DNA of 64,000 bases from Candidatus Saccharimonadota bacterium (GTDB lineage: Bacteria > Patescibacteriota > Saccharimonadia > Saccharimonadales > Saccharimonadaceae). This document shows, in pieces, positions 33,535 to 43,290 of the stretch; position 1 is the stretch's first letter, and each line of letters starts with the position of its first letter. The stretch spans positions 45,453 to 109,452 of the forward strand of contig JAFRBH010000011.1 in the NCBI GenBank assembly GCA_017404955.1. The letters are read 5' to 3'. The position numbers and the translations under genes are program-made. The notes beneath the pieces were generated by a model that was not told where the DNA came from, did no database searches, and saw nothing but the letters and a program-made list of their open reading frames with translations.

Positions 33535-34554
33535 ATGGTTTGTATTGCAGCATTTATCGTTTTACTTCTAATTGGTATTTTTGTTGCAATCATCTCAATC
33601 TTTAAAAGAGATTTTGGGAAAAAATACCTAAAGGTTTTAAAAAAATCATTCCATTGTTTTGGCAAAAAAATTCGTTTGCAAAAATGTGATACCAATTTTT
33701 CTGACGATGTCAAAACCTTGCTTCTTCGAAAAGTTATTATCAAGAAACCAAAACTAGTAAGGCCCCTTAGTATCACCATTGAAATTGCTAGTATTCTTTT
33801 AGTCATCTTGACCGCTTGGTCCATCATCGAAGCAGCCAAAGCTGGTCTCTCACTTTGGGTTTTTGGCACCTGTAATGTTTCCCAGCCAAGTAATTGCGCG
33901 CTTGGTGCTGATTCGTGTGGGCTCGATGAAGACAATCTAAACTGGTTCACTGAATGGGGAGAAATCTTTGGCAATATTCCAGACAGGGTTAAAACATGGA
34001 ATGTGAACGACTTTAATCTAAACATAGCTTTCACTACCGGTGATGGAGAAGCTGCGCTGTCAATTATTGACCCAGGATGCTCCGTTTGCTTACAGTCGTA
34101 TAAAAATATCAAAAACAATCCAGAATTTTTGAAAAAGCATCAGCTCAAAGTTGTACTATACCCAATCAAGAATACTAATGGGGAATTAAGGTTCAAGAAC
34201 TCCGAAGTTATCACTCGCTATAGTCTAGCTGTAAATAAAGTTGCTGGCACCGATGAATACTCGGCCAAAATCATCAATCGTATTTTTACCGAGTTTGACG
34301 AGAACGGTACCATCTATCAATCACTATTTAATAATGAACTAGATGAAGGCCAAGCTAAGGCATTACTTGATAATTGGTTAGTGGAGTGGGGAATGAGTAA
34401 AGACAACCTAAAACAAACTCAAAAACTTGTCTCTAGCGAGGAAATCACCAAGGAACTAGATAATAATATTAAGATTATAGAAGAGCAAATCAAACCAAAA
34501 GGCATTCCAACCATGATTTATGATGGGGAAAAACACCTAGGGCTGTTTAAGTAA
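33535..34554 (+). CDS. Membrane-anchored thioredoxin-fold thiol:disulfide oxidoreductase (DsbA-like, CSVC motif)
   Basis: 339 aa with two N-terminal TM helices and Cys-rich loops. The thioredoxin-like domain has 'IIDPGCSVCLQSY' (CxxC) and a cis-Pro-type 'GIPTMIYDG' near the C-terminus. Confidence 0.55.
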   Translation: MVCIAAFIVLLLIGIFVAIISIFKRDFGKKYLKVLKKSFHCFGKKIRLQKCDTNFSDDVKTLLLRKVIIKKPKLVRPLSITIEIASILLVILTAWSIIEAAKAGLSLWVFGTCNVSQPSNCALGADSCGLDEDNLNWFTEWGEIFGNIPDRVKTWNVNDFNLNIAFTTGDGEAALSIIDPGCSVCLQSYKNIKNNPEFLKKHQLKVVLYPIKNTNGELRFKNSEVITRYSLAVNKVAGTDEYSAKIINRIFTEFDENGTIYQSLFNNELDEGQAKALLDNWLVEWGMSKDNLKQTQKLVSSEEITKELDNNIKIIEEQIKPKGIPTMIYDGEKHLGLFK

Positions 34555-34630
34555 TAGAATCTTGAATTTCTCTTAAAATAAGCGTATACATATTGCCAGA
34601 AATAGCTTAATATGATAAAATTATACCTAT

Positions 34631-35230
34631 ATGGTACAGAAAACAAACGTCGTCAAACACAGACCAAGCGAATATCGTAAAAAGAAGCATACAGGTTTAA
34701 TCGTGGTAATTGTTTTGGCTGTGGTAGCATTAATTGCGGCAGGTGTTTTACTGTTCTTAAACAGAGACAAAATTTTCCAAAATGAACCAGTCAAAAATCA
34801 AGACACGACTAGCAAGCAGGAGAAAAAAGAAGAAAAATCTGACGAAAAATCAGATAAAAAAGAAGAAAAACAAAGTTCAGAAACTCGCGAGGCGGAAAAA
34901 TCATCTATCAATCAGAATGACGGCGAAGATCCAAACGCTCTGGAGAATATTACAGGTGTAATCAATTTCGCCGGCATCTCTGAAGGTGATTTCATAGTGA
35001 CAGCATCCTTAGACCAGGCTCTCGGCGATGCTGGCAACTGTAAGTTCACTATTGTGCATAGCTCTGGGGCCACGATTGTCTCGAGCGCAGCAACTTCTGC
35101 TGGTCCAACCACTAGCTTCTGTACTTATTCCGCACCAGCTTCTGGAATGAACTCTGGCCACTACAGCATCAATGTCGAGATTTCTGCCAATGGTAAGAAA
35201 GGTACGATTACTGGGGAGGCCAATATCTAA
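34631..35230 (+). CDS. N-terminally anchored surface protein with a Lys/Glu-rich linker and a small beta-rich domain
   Basis: 199 aa with TM 'LIVVIVLAVVALIAAGVLLFL', linker 'KQEKKEEKSDEKSDKKEEKQ', and a C-terminal ~90-aa domain with two Cys. The stop overlaps the next gene's ATG by 1 nt (TAATG). Confidence 0.55.
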   Translation: MVQKTNVVKHRPSEYRKKKHTGLIVVIVLAVVALIAAGVLLFLNRDKIFQNEPVKNQDTTSKQEKKEEKSDEKSDKKEEKQSSETREAEKSSINQNDGEDPNALENITGVINFAGISEGDFIVTASLDQALGDAGNCKFTIVHSSGATIVSSAATSAGPTTSFCTYSAPASGMNSGHYSINVEISANGKKGTITGEANI

Positions 35231-37350
35231 TGAAAAGAAGGCTCACTTTCCCTAACAAACTTTTCCTTATCTTTACTTTTGGCATGATGGCCACACTCGG
35301 CTTTTTGGCATTTAAAAATATGAGCGAATCTGCTGCGATCAATGCAGCATATAATGGTTTCCAGGCAGGGAATATTATCACCGATTACGTGATGAGCGAT
35401 TATAGCTCTATGTCCGAAGCTCAAATCCAAGCGTTTTTGAAATCTAAGAATCCATGTAATGACACAAACACCAGTAAAGCTAGGTACTATTCTAATCATA
35501 ATTATCACATTGAAAACGGCCACTTCGTTTGTATGGCTGACGAAAGATTTAATGGGGAATCAGCCGCCCACATTATTTGGCAGGCAGCTCAAGACTATCG
35601 TATCAACCCTAAAGTTTTGATTGTGCTCCTGGAGAAGGAACAAGGTTTAGTTACTGACACTTGGCCAAACTCTGATCTTCAGTATCGTTCTGCTACCGGT
35701 TATGGTTGTCCAGACACTGCAGCTTGCGATTCAAAATACTATGGGTTCAAAAATCAAATTAGAAATGCTGCTGAACTTTATCGCTATATTCTAGATCATG
35801 GCTCACGCTATTACCCAGTAGGGAATAACTATGTTAAATATAATCCAGATGGCAACTGCGGTGGCTCTACTGTATATATCCAAAACCGTGCTACGTCTGC
35901 CTTGTATCAGTATACTCCATATCAGCCAAACGCCGCCGTCTTGAACGCCAATCCAGGCACAGTGGTTCACTGTGGCGCTCATGGTAACAGCAACTTCTAT
36001 TATTATTATACTAAGTGGTTCGGTGATCCGCGCATTTCAGTTTCTAGTTCTTACCTCCAAGAAAGTGATAAATTTGCTATCCAAACTCTAGGAAATCTTT
36101 ATCTCACACCAGAATCTAATGCGAAGGGCGCTAGGATTTCCTTATCTAAAAATGCTGCTGAATATCGTTTTGAAAGAACCGGAGATTATTATATTATTCG
36201 CCATATCGCTTCGAGTTTAGTTTTAGACGTGGTTGGTGGTAGTGTCGCAAACGGCGCCCAAATCCAACTTTATGATTTTAATGATTCCTGTGCTCAAAAG
36301 TGGTATTTTGCCGTTGATGGAGATAAGTACACTATCAAATCGGTATGTTCTAATAAATCCCTTGACGTCCCGGATAATAAATCCAATGTGGCTGGCATAA
36401 AAGTACAAATGTATAATAGTAATAATTCTAACGCCCAAAGATTTATCATAAAAGACTTATCAGCCGCTCCACTAGCGAATAATATTTATGTTTTAAAAAC
36501 TACTGGTGGCAAGGTGTTAGACGCAGAGGGTGGACTTGTTAGCAACGGTACAAAATTGCAAATTTATAACGTTAATTACGACAGAGGACAAATATATAAG
36601 GTATCAAGAATGGCCGATGGTTTGTACACTATCGGAAACACAACTTCCGGAAGAGTTGTGGACGTATCAGGTGGTAGAAAAGATGATGGTACTCCTTTGC
36701 AGCTCTACAATTATAATGGTTCTTGTGCGCAAAAGTGGATTGTAGAAAAAAGTGGTAATGGCTACAGATTTCTCTCTGCTTGCACCAAAAAGGCTATTGA
36801 TGTATCCGGTGGACTTGTGAGCACGCCTAGTCGAAAGCTCCAGATTTATACCGCTAATGGAAGCAATGCGCAAGTTTGGATTCCAGCCACCACCTATGAC
36901 GAAGTGGCAGAGGGTAATTACACTGTAACTTCAGCAGTTAACTCAAAATTTGCGGTCGATATTACTAATGGTGTTGCCGCTGCAAAAAATGGAACAAATA
37001 TACAAGCTTGGGATAAGAATGGTACAGCGGCCCAAGAATGGAAACTTATAAAAAACAGTGACAATACGTATACCTTTAAAAACCCTAAAACTGATCGTGT
37101 GTTAGATATTGCCGGGGGCATTGCTAGATCGAGCACGAATGTTCAGCTTTATGCCAGTAACTCTACCTGTGCGCAAAAGTGGTATTTAAAAAAGAATGAC
37201 GATGGCACCTATCGTATTTCTTCTGCATGTGGGGCAGTAGTACTGGACCTATCTGGCGGCGTAGCTAAAAATGGTGGCAACATCCAAGTTTGGGAGAACA
37301 ATGGCACTAAAGCTCAGAAGTGGGTCCTCACACTGAAAAACTCCAATTAA
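35230..37350 (+). CDS. Secreted multi-ricin-type (beta-trefoil, QxW) lectin protein with a conserved N-terminal domain
   Basis: 706 aa with an N-terminal signal or anchor. There are about 8 subrepeats of the form 'LDV.GG...NG..IQLY..N.S.AQKW' (AQKWYF, AQRFII, AQKWIV, AQVWIP, AQEWKL, AQKWYL, AQKWVL). The N-terminal ~270 aa contain 'INPKVLIVLLEKEQGLV' and 'GYGCPDTAAC'. Confidence 0.7.
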   Translation: MKRRLTFPNKLFLIFTFGMMATLGFLAFKNMSESAAINAAYNGFQAGNIITDYVMSDYSSMSEAQIQAFLKSKNPCNDTNTSKARYYSNHNYHIENGHFVCMADERFNGESAAHIIWQAAQDYRINPKVLIVLLEKEQGLVTDTWPNSDLQYRSATGYGCPDTAACDSKYYGFKNQIRNAAELYRYILDHGSRYYPVGNNYVKYNPDGNCGGSTVYIQNRATSALYQYTPYQPNAAVLNANPGTVVHCGAHGNSNFYYYYTKWFGDPRISVSSSYLQESDKFAIQTLGNLYLTPESNAKGARISLSKNAAEYRFERTGDYYIIRHIASSLVLDVVGGSVANGAQIQLYDFNDSCAQKWYFAVDGDKYTIKSVCSNKSLDVPDNKSNVAGIKVQMYNSNNSNAQRFIIKDLSAAPLANNIYVLKTTGGKVLDAEGGLVSNGTKLQIYNVNYDRGQIYKVSRMADGLYTIGNTTSGRVVDVSGGRKDDGTPLQLYNYNGSCAQKWIVEKSGNGYRFLSACTKKAIDVSGGLVSTPSRKLQIYTANGSNAQVWIPATTYDEVAEGNYTVTSAVNSKFAVDITNGVAAAKNGTNIQAWDKNGTAAQEWKLIKNSDNTYTFKNPKTDRVLDIAGGIARSSTNVQLYASNSTCAQKWYLKKNDDGTYRISSACGAVVLDLSGGVAKNGGNIQVWENNGTKAQKWVLTLKNSN

Positions 37351-37369
37351 TGTGTTATAATTAACTAAT

Positions 37370-39226
37370 ATGAAAGATAGAGTAGTGAATTTTGGCGTGA
37401 CCCTTTATCGTGGGTCAAAGTCCGTTTGGAAAAAGTATCATTTTCTTATTCCACCTCGACTCTGGAAGAAATATATAAAACTACTATTGGGAATTAGGCA
37501 TGTTGAATTATTCTATGATCCAATGAGCAAAAAAGAGTACAATGAGTGGCTTCAAGAGAAATCTGAAAAAAGTACAAAAAAGATTCTAGCAAAGCTTATT
37601 TATAAGCCTCTGATTTCTGTAGTCATTCCGGTTTATAATGCCGAACCACAATATCTTAGAGAGTGTATCGAGTCCATCTTAGCCCAAACTTATGATAATT
37701 TCGAAATCTGTATAGCTGATGATGCGTCCACATCTAAAGAAACAAAAGAAGTCCTTAAGTCTTATGAGAGCAATAAAAAAATTAGGATAAAGTATCGCAA
37801 GAAAAATGGTCATATTTCTAGAGCTACAAATGATGCCTTGAATTTGGCTAAAGGCGAATTCGTCGCACTCATGGATAATGATGATACCATTTCAGAAATT
37901 GCACTATATGAGGTCGTAAAAGTCTTAAACGAAAACAAAAAGATTGACATGATCTATACTGATGAAGACAAAATCGATGAAAACGGCGCATTTTGCTACC
38001 CTAACTTCAAACCAGATTATGCACCGGATACTTTCATGAGTGTCAACTATATTTCTCACCTTGGCGTTCTAAGGAAATCTATCATTGACAAAATTGGTGG
38101 ATTCAGAGCGGGATTTGAAGGTGCGCAGGATTACGACCTATACCTTCGTTTCTTCGAGAAAACCAACCGCATTTATCATATTCCGCAGGTTTTGTATCAT
38201 TGGCGTATGACCGAAGGTTCTACCGCGAAGAACATTAGCAAAAAGAATTATGCTCTAGAAAATGGCAAAAAAGCCTTGAAGGACGCCTTAAGAAGAAGAA
38301 AAATTAAAGGCAAAGTTCATATCGCCAAAAATTGCCCATACTATTATATCGAATATGCTGTAACGGGTAATCCAAAGGCTACTATTATTATCCCTACGAG
38401 AGACTTGGCAGATGTTACCGAGGTTTGCTTAAAATCTATTTATGAAAAAACCACATACAAAAATTTTGAAGTCGTAGTTGTAAACAACAATAGTAAAGAA
38501 GCCAAGACTTTTGAATTGTTTGACAGATACAAGAAGAAATATGATAACTTCAAAGTGTTGGATGCAAATTTCGAGTTCAATTATTCGAAGATAAATAATT
38601 ATGCGGTGGAAAATACAAACTCTGATTATATTGTCCTACTCAACAATGATATCGAAGTTATTACCCCAAATTGGCTGTCACAAATGCTTGGATATGCTTC
38701 GCAAAAACATATCGGAGCAGTTGGTGCGAAGCTGCTATATCCAAATGAAACAGTGCAGCATGCCGGCGTAGTCTTAGGAGTTGGCGTTGCTTCTCATCTT
38801 TATTGCGGGATACAGAGAGATGTAGTTGCCTGGTGTGGACAACTTGCGGTTCCACAAAATTTTAGCGCAGTGACCGGGGCATGTCTAGTAGTAGATAGGA
38901 AAAAATGGAATGAAGTTGGAGGCCTAGAGGAGAAACTAAAAGTTGCTTATAACGATATTGATTTTAACATAAAGCTGCTAGAAAAAGGATACTACAATGT
39001 ATGTCTATCTAATATTGAGCTATATCATCACGAATCAGTATCTCGTGGCTCCGATACTTCGGGAAAAAAGAAGGAACGTTTTGATGCCGAACAGGCCTTT
39101 ATGTATAAAAAGTGGAAAAATAGGATTAAAAACGACCCATTCCTCAATTCTAATCTTACTAGGAAGACCGCCGGCTATCTTTTAGATAGAGCCGATAAAG
39201 AGCAAGATAGCAAGTCTAAGAAGTAG
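37370..39226 (+). CDS. Two-domain GT2 glycosyltransferase
   Basis: 618 aa. Domain 1 has 'ISVVIPVYNAEPQYLRECIESILAQTY..ICIADDAS' and 'LMDNDD'. Domain 2 has 'ATIIIPTRDL..VVVNNNS' and 'LLNNDIE'. TGtTATAAT lies 8 nt before the ATG. Confidence 0.8.
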   Translation: MKDRVVNFGVTLYRGSKSVWKKYHFLIPPRLWKKYIKLLLGIRHVELFYDPMSKKEYNEWLQEKSEKSTKKILAKLIYKPLISVVIPVYNAEPQYLRECIESILAQTYDNFEICIADDASTSKETKEVLKSYESNKKIRIKYRKKNGHISRATNDALNLAKGEFVALMDNDDTISEIALYEVVKVLNENKKIDMIYTDEDKIDENGAFCYPNFKPDYAPDTFMSVNYISHLGVLRKSIIDKIGGFRAGFEGAQDYDLYLRFFEKTNRIYHIPQVLYHWRMTEGSTAKNISKKNYALENGKKALKDALRRRKIKGKVHIAKNCPYYYIEYAVTGNPKATIIIPTRDLADVTEVCLKSIYEKTTYKNFEVVVVNNNSKEAKTFELFDRYKKKYDNFKVLDANFEFNYSKINNYAVENTNSDYIVLLNNDIEVITPNWLSQMLGYASQKHIGAVGAKLLYPNETVQHAGVVLGVGVASHLYCGIQRDVVAWCGQLAVPQNFSAVTGACLVVDRKKWNEVGGLEEKLKVAYNDIDFNIKLLEKGYYNVCLSNIELYHHESVSRGSDTSGKKKERFDAEQAFMYKKWKNRIKNDPFLNSNLTRKTAGYLLDRADKEQDSKSKK

Positions 39227-39263
39227 TGCACATCTAGTCTCTTGGTTATGGTATAATAATAAT

Positions 39264-39776
39264 ATGTCTAAAGAACATATTAAGACCCGTTTTGTCGGCC
39301 TTTATAGCGTAGGGCGAGCCGTCCGTAACGCTACTAAAAATAGCAAAAAACTGAAAGAGGCCGCCAAGCTTTATGATGTCACCCACGATAACAATGTGAA
39401 GGTAGATTCTCCACTTGCAACGATTTGTGTTAATGAAGGTCCCAAACGCCTAAATATAGTTTTTGAGAAATTTGACGCCAAAGCTTTAGAAAATGATACA
39501 CTAAAAGAATTCTTAGTAGCCAGCACCAACTTTGCTAAAAAAGAAGATTATGAACTTAGAATTATTTCTAGAAACAACTTGGCAAACCCAAAAGATTACA
39601 CTGATTTTCTAAAAAAGCATGGGCTCACCACCCCAAAGAACTACTCTTTCTATACTGATAGTAACCACCGCGTTTCCGGAAGAACCTATCGTCTAAGCAT
39701 CGCCAAAAATGATGTTTTCTTCACCGAGCAAGAATTAGAAAAACTAAAAGATTGGATTAAAAATGGAAGACACTAA
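39264..39776 (+). CDS. Hypothetical protein in the glycan locus
   Basis: 170-aa ORF with no recognisable motif. TGgTATAAT lies 6 nt before the ATG. It overlaps the next gene by 14 nt. Confidence 0.5.
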   Translation: MSKEHIKTRFVGLYSVGRAVRNATKNSKKLKEAAKLYDVTHDNNVKVDSPLATICVNEGPKRLNIVFEKFDAKALENDTLKEFLVASTNFAKKEDYELRIISRNNLANPKDYTDFLKKHGLTTPKNYSFYTDSNHRVSGRTYRLSIAKNDVFFTEQELEKLKDWIKNGRH

Positions 39777-40911
39777 TTCAGAACCCTGGAATATGCCCCT
39801 AGAAAAGAGAATAGTAGAGTTAGAAGAAGCAAAAAGATCTCACAAAAAAGTCGCAGTTATTTTGTATCCAGAAGAAGATAAAGCCTCTTCTTTCCGCTAT
39901 CGTGGCTATAATATCTATCAAACAACCAAGAAGAGTAATAAATGGCAACTTATATATTTCTTCTTAAATGAAATTGACGCGGTTTTTAAAATCATACCAG
40001 AGGTAGAAATTCTAATTTTTGGCAGAATCACTAGGTGGTCACCGCAATTTGACGAATTGGCAAAAATCGCAAGAGAAAATAATGTATGCATTTTGCAGGA
40101 TTTGGATGATTGTGTTTGTGGGACAAAATATATCAAAGATATGTTCAATGTAGTCTCGCCAGATTTTATCGACCAAGAATACTGGATTAACACTTGTGCA
40201 CATTACGAGCTCATTTCTTACCTTACAGATGGCTTTATTGTCACTAACGAGTATTTAGGAGAAAAACTATCTAAAGCTCACGATAACAAGCCATATAAAG
40301 TTATCAAAAATTTCTTAAACGAAGAGCAGATTAGTCTAGCCTCCACAATCAAGAAAGAGGAAACTAGTGATTTTACGATTGGCTATTTTAGTGGCTCGCA
40401 CACGCATTTGACAGATTTTGAAGTAGCCTGCCCAGAGTTATTTCAACTCCTAAATGACTATAGAGATATAAAGCTTGAGATAGTTGGTATGTTAGAACTT
40501 CCAAAATCTGCAGAAAAATTTGTCAAAAATGGGCAGATTATATATCACCCAATGGTTGATTTTCTAACACTCGAGAAAATGCAGGCATCAGTTGATGTTA
40601 ATATTGCACCACTAGCAGATAACATTTTTGCAAACTGCAAATCTGACTTGAAATTCTTTGAAGCAGGTTTAGTTAAAACCCCAACCGTTGCTAGTCCAAC
40701 TTTCGCTTTCGCAGGATCAATCAAAAACGGTGAGAACGGATTTTTGTGCAGACCGGGCGAGTGGTATGAAACAATCTTGAAAATGTATCAGGACAAAAAA
40801 CTTAGAGTAGAAATAGCCGAGAATGCATATCGATACACTATAGAAAATTACACTCCAGAGAGTAATCTCAAACAAATAGAAGAGGTGTATGACTACTATG
40901 TTAAAAAATAA
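39763..40911 (+). CDS. Glycosyltransferase, GT-B fold (GT1/GT4-like)
   Basis: 382 aa. The C-terminal half, 'FFEAGLVKTPTVASPTFAFAGSIKNGENGFLC', resembles the nucleotide-sugar-binding E-x7-E region of GT4 enzymes. The exact start is uncertain. Confidence 0.55.
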   Translation: MEDTNSEPWNMPLEKRIVELEEAKRSHKKVAVILYPEEDKASSFRYRGYNIYQTTKKSNKWQLIYFFLNEIDAVFKIIPEVEILIFGRITRWSPQFDELAKIARENNVCILQDLDDCVCGTKYIKDMFNVVSPDFIDQEYWINTCAHYELISYLTDGFIVTNEYLGEKLSKAHDNKPYKVIKNFLNEEQISLASTIKKEETSDFTIGYFSGSHTHLTDFEVACPELFQLLNDYRDIKLEIVGMLELPKSAEKFVKNGQIIYHPMVDFLTLEKMQASVDVNIAPLADNIFANCKSDLKFFEAGLVKTPTVASPTFAFAGSIKNGENGFLCRPGEWYETILKMYQDKKLRVEIAENAYRYTIENYTPESNLKQIEEVYDYYVKK

Positions 40912-41761
40912 AACAGTCTCTGTAATTTTGCCAAATTATAATTATGCGAACTATCTAAAATCTCGCATTAACGAAGTCTTGTCTCAAACTTACCCCATTT
41001 CTGAAATTATCATTTTGGATGATGCCTCTACTGACGGTAGCCAAGACTTAATTAAAGGAGAAATTAGCAGAATTAAGGAACAATATCCAGAAGTTGTAGC
41101 TAAATATGTATTTAACGAAAAAAATTCTGGAAACGTTTTTTCACAGTGGCAAAAGGGAATCGAACTTGCCACATCGGAATATATTTGGATTTGCGAGCTT
41201 GATGATGTGTCCGAGCAGAATTTTTTGGAAACAGTAATGGCTAGTTTTGACGATAAAGATGTGGTGCTTTCATATTGCAATTCGAAGATTATCGACACCA
41301 ATGGCAAAATGACTTTGAAGGACAATTTGCGTAGAATAAAAGACGTTTTTCGCAAAAAACATAATGTTGGTAGTTATGTCATAGACGGAATAAAAGAGAT
41401 AGATAATAACTTAGCAGTTTTCAATTCGATGCCGAATGTTTCCGCTATAGTTTTCAAAAATCAACCAAGCCTTGGCACCTTTCTGGAAGATGCTAAAAAA
41501 TATAAGCTTTGTGGGGATTGGTATTTCTATTTGAAAGTGGCCACAACTGGTAAAATTGCATTTTCTAATAAAGTCTTAAACTCTCATCGTGTTCACCAAA
41601 AGAGCGTTACTAAGGGTACTAGTTTAAAAGAGCGTTTTAAGGAAATGCAAGAAATTCACAAATTTGCCAAGAATAGCATTGAGCTCAATGAGACTACTAT
41701 TGATAGAATGAATAAGATAGAGTCAGACCTTGCTAAAAAATGGAAAATAAAGGATAATTAA
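40889..41761 (+). CDS. GT2 glycosyltransferase
   Basis: 290 aa with 'VSVILPNYNYANYLKSRINEVLSQTYPISEIIILDDASTDGS' and 'ICELDD'. The start could instead be the ATG at 40898. Confidence 0.8.
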   Translation: MTTMLKNKTVSVILPNYNYANYLKSRINEVLSQTYPISEIIILDDASTDGSQDLIKGEISRIKEQYPEVVAKYVFNEKNSGNVFSQWQKGIELATSEYIWICELDDVSEQNFLETVMASFDDKDVVLSYCNSKIIDTNGKMTLKDNLRRIKDVFRKKHNVGSYVIDGIKEIDNNLAVFNSMPNVSAIVFKNQPSLGTFLEDAKKYKLCGDWYFYLKVATTGKIAFSNKVLNSHRVHQKSVTKGTSLKERFKEMQEIHKFAKNSIELNETTIDRMNKIESDLAKKWKIKDN

Positions 41762-41763
41762 GT

Positions 41764-43290
41764 ATGGCAAAAAAACTTTTAGACTTCATAAAAAAGAACT
41801 ACAAGTACCTGCTTTTTTGTTTGGTTTTTCTGGTAGTTAATTCATTTTTCGTTTTAAGGCTACGTAGCAATGTCGGTGGGTGGAAGGTTCTGATGCTTGC
41901 TGGCTTTCTAGTTGTGCAGGCTATACTTTGCGTACTGGGCTTTTATCTCAAGAAGGTTAAAGGTTGGCAACATCACCAGCTGTTTTTATTGTTTTCAATC
42001 ATAATTGGTTTAATTTATGTTTTTGCCATGCCGCCGGGAGTAGCTCCAGATGAACCGAATCATTTTAAACGCGCTTACGAAGTGTCTGAGGGAAAATTTA
42101 TTTCTTCCAGAGAGCAAGCTGACGGTGAGGGTGGAAATATTCTGCCAAATTCCATTAACGAACTGTTCAGAGTAGCTCCAGATCAAATAAAATATAATGA
42201 TATGCCAGGAATTATTTCTGAATCAAGTCAGAAATCTAGCGAGGAATTCCAGAATTTTGGCAATACCGCTTTATATTCACCAGTAGTTTACGCCCCACAG
42301 GCCACAGGTATTCTCATTGGCAGAATTTTACATCTACCAATGATAGCTATTTTCTACCTAGCGCGTATTTTCAATCTGGCATTTTGGATTCTGCTTGGAT
42401 ATTATGCGATCAAAAAATTACCATTTGGCAAAAACGTTTTGCTTTTGATTCTATTCCTGCCAATTTCTATGCAAGCAGCCGCCTCTTGCCAGGCAGATGC
42501 CATCACCAATGCCTCTACCATTGCATTGTTTGCATTCACGCTGAATAAAATTAAAACCGAGAAGCTACTAACTACGAAAGAATACGTTATCGCTGCAGTG
42601 CTAGCCTTCCTAGTCTCCATGAGTAAAATCGTTTATCTTCCGTTTTGTTTTCTATTATTGCTTCTACCTAAAAAATGTTTCAAATCAAAGAACGAGAAGT
42701 TTTTCAAGATTGGCGGGCTACTTCTAGCTATTGTCATAATTAATTTACTGTGGTTAGCGATTTCCGCAGGTTTTCTAGTACAGTTTAGGGAAGGTGTAAA
42801 TTCTGGAGAGCAAGTTAAATTTATCTTGTCTAATCCACTTAAATATACCATGATTGTTGGAAGTTCTATCGTTGAACAGGGAATTTTCTATTTCTTCTCA
42901 TTCTTTGGCTCTAATCTAGCTCACTTTAATATTGGCCTAGCTGAACCATATATTTTATTCTTAGCATTCTTTATATTCTACACTTATATGCAGGAAAACC
43001 AAAAAGAATTCGCGCTCACTGTAAAACAAAAATTATTTATTACTATAATAGTAATTATCTGTTCTGCGCTAATCTTTACTAGCATCTACGTGCAATGGAC
43101 TGCAGTTGGCCTCTCGCTGATTGAAGGTGTTCAGGGTAGATATTTCATCCCACTAGCTCTACCAATTCTGTTTTTGCTGAAGCCAGCTTCTACTCAGACT
43201 AGGAAAGATTTTGCTCCGTATGCTTTCGCAATGCTTACAGCAATAAATATCTATGCTATTGTCTCAATCATCGCTCACTATATGGTGTAG
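41764..43290 (+). CDS. Polytopic GT-C-like membrane protein (DUF2142-like)
   Basis: 508 aa with at least 10 predicted TM helices and a first periplasmic loop 'PPGVAPDEPNHFKRAYEVSEG', typical of DUF2142/GT-C glycan-modifying enzymes. Confidence 0.55.
   Translation: MAKKLLDFIKKNYKYLLFCLVFLVVNSFFVLRLRSNVGGWKVLMLAGFLVVQAILCVLGFYLKKVKGWQHHQLFLLFSIIIGLIYVFAMPPGVAPDEPNHFKRAYEVSEGKFISSREQADGEGGNILPNSINELFRVAPDQIKYNDMPGIISESSQKSSEEFQNFGNTALYSPVVYAPQATGILIGRILHLPMIAIFYLARIFNLAFWILLGYYAIKKLPFGKNVLLLILFLPISMQAAASCQADAITNASTIALFAFTLNKIKTEKLLTTKEYVIAAVLAFLVSMSKIVYLPFCFLLLLLPKKCFKSKNEKFFKIGGLLLAIVIINLLWLAISAGFLVQFREGVNSGEQVKFILSNPLKYTMIVGSSIVEQGIFYFFSFFGSNLAHFNIGLAEPYILFLAFFIFYTYMQENQKEFALTVKQKLFITIIVIICSALIFTSIYVQWTAVGLSLIEGVQGRYFIPLALPILFLLKPASTQTRKDFAPYAFAMLTAINIYAIVSIIAHYMV

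Noticed and set aside
33522-34118. A 198-aa ORF on the minus strand
   Set aside because: It is antisense to the DsbA-like gene (33535-34554), which has a promoter-proximal ATG and recognisable TM and CxxC features. The antisense translation has no motif and no upstream signals.
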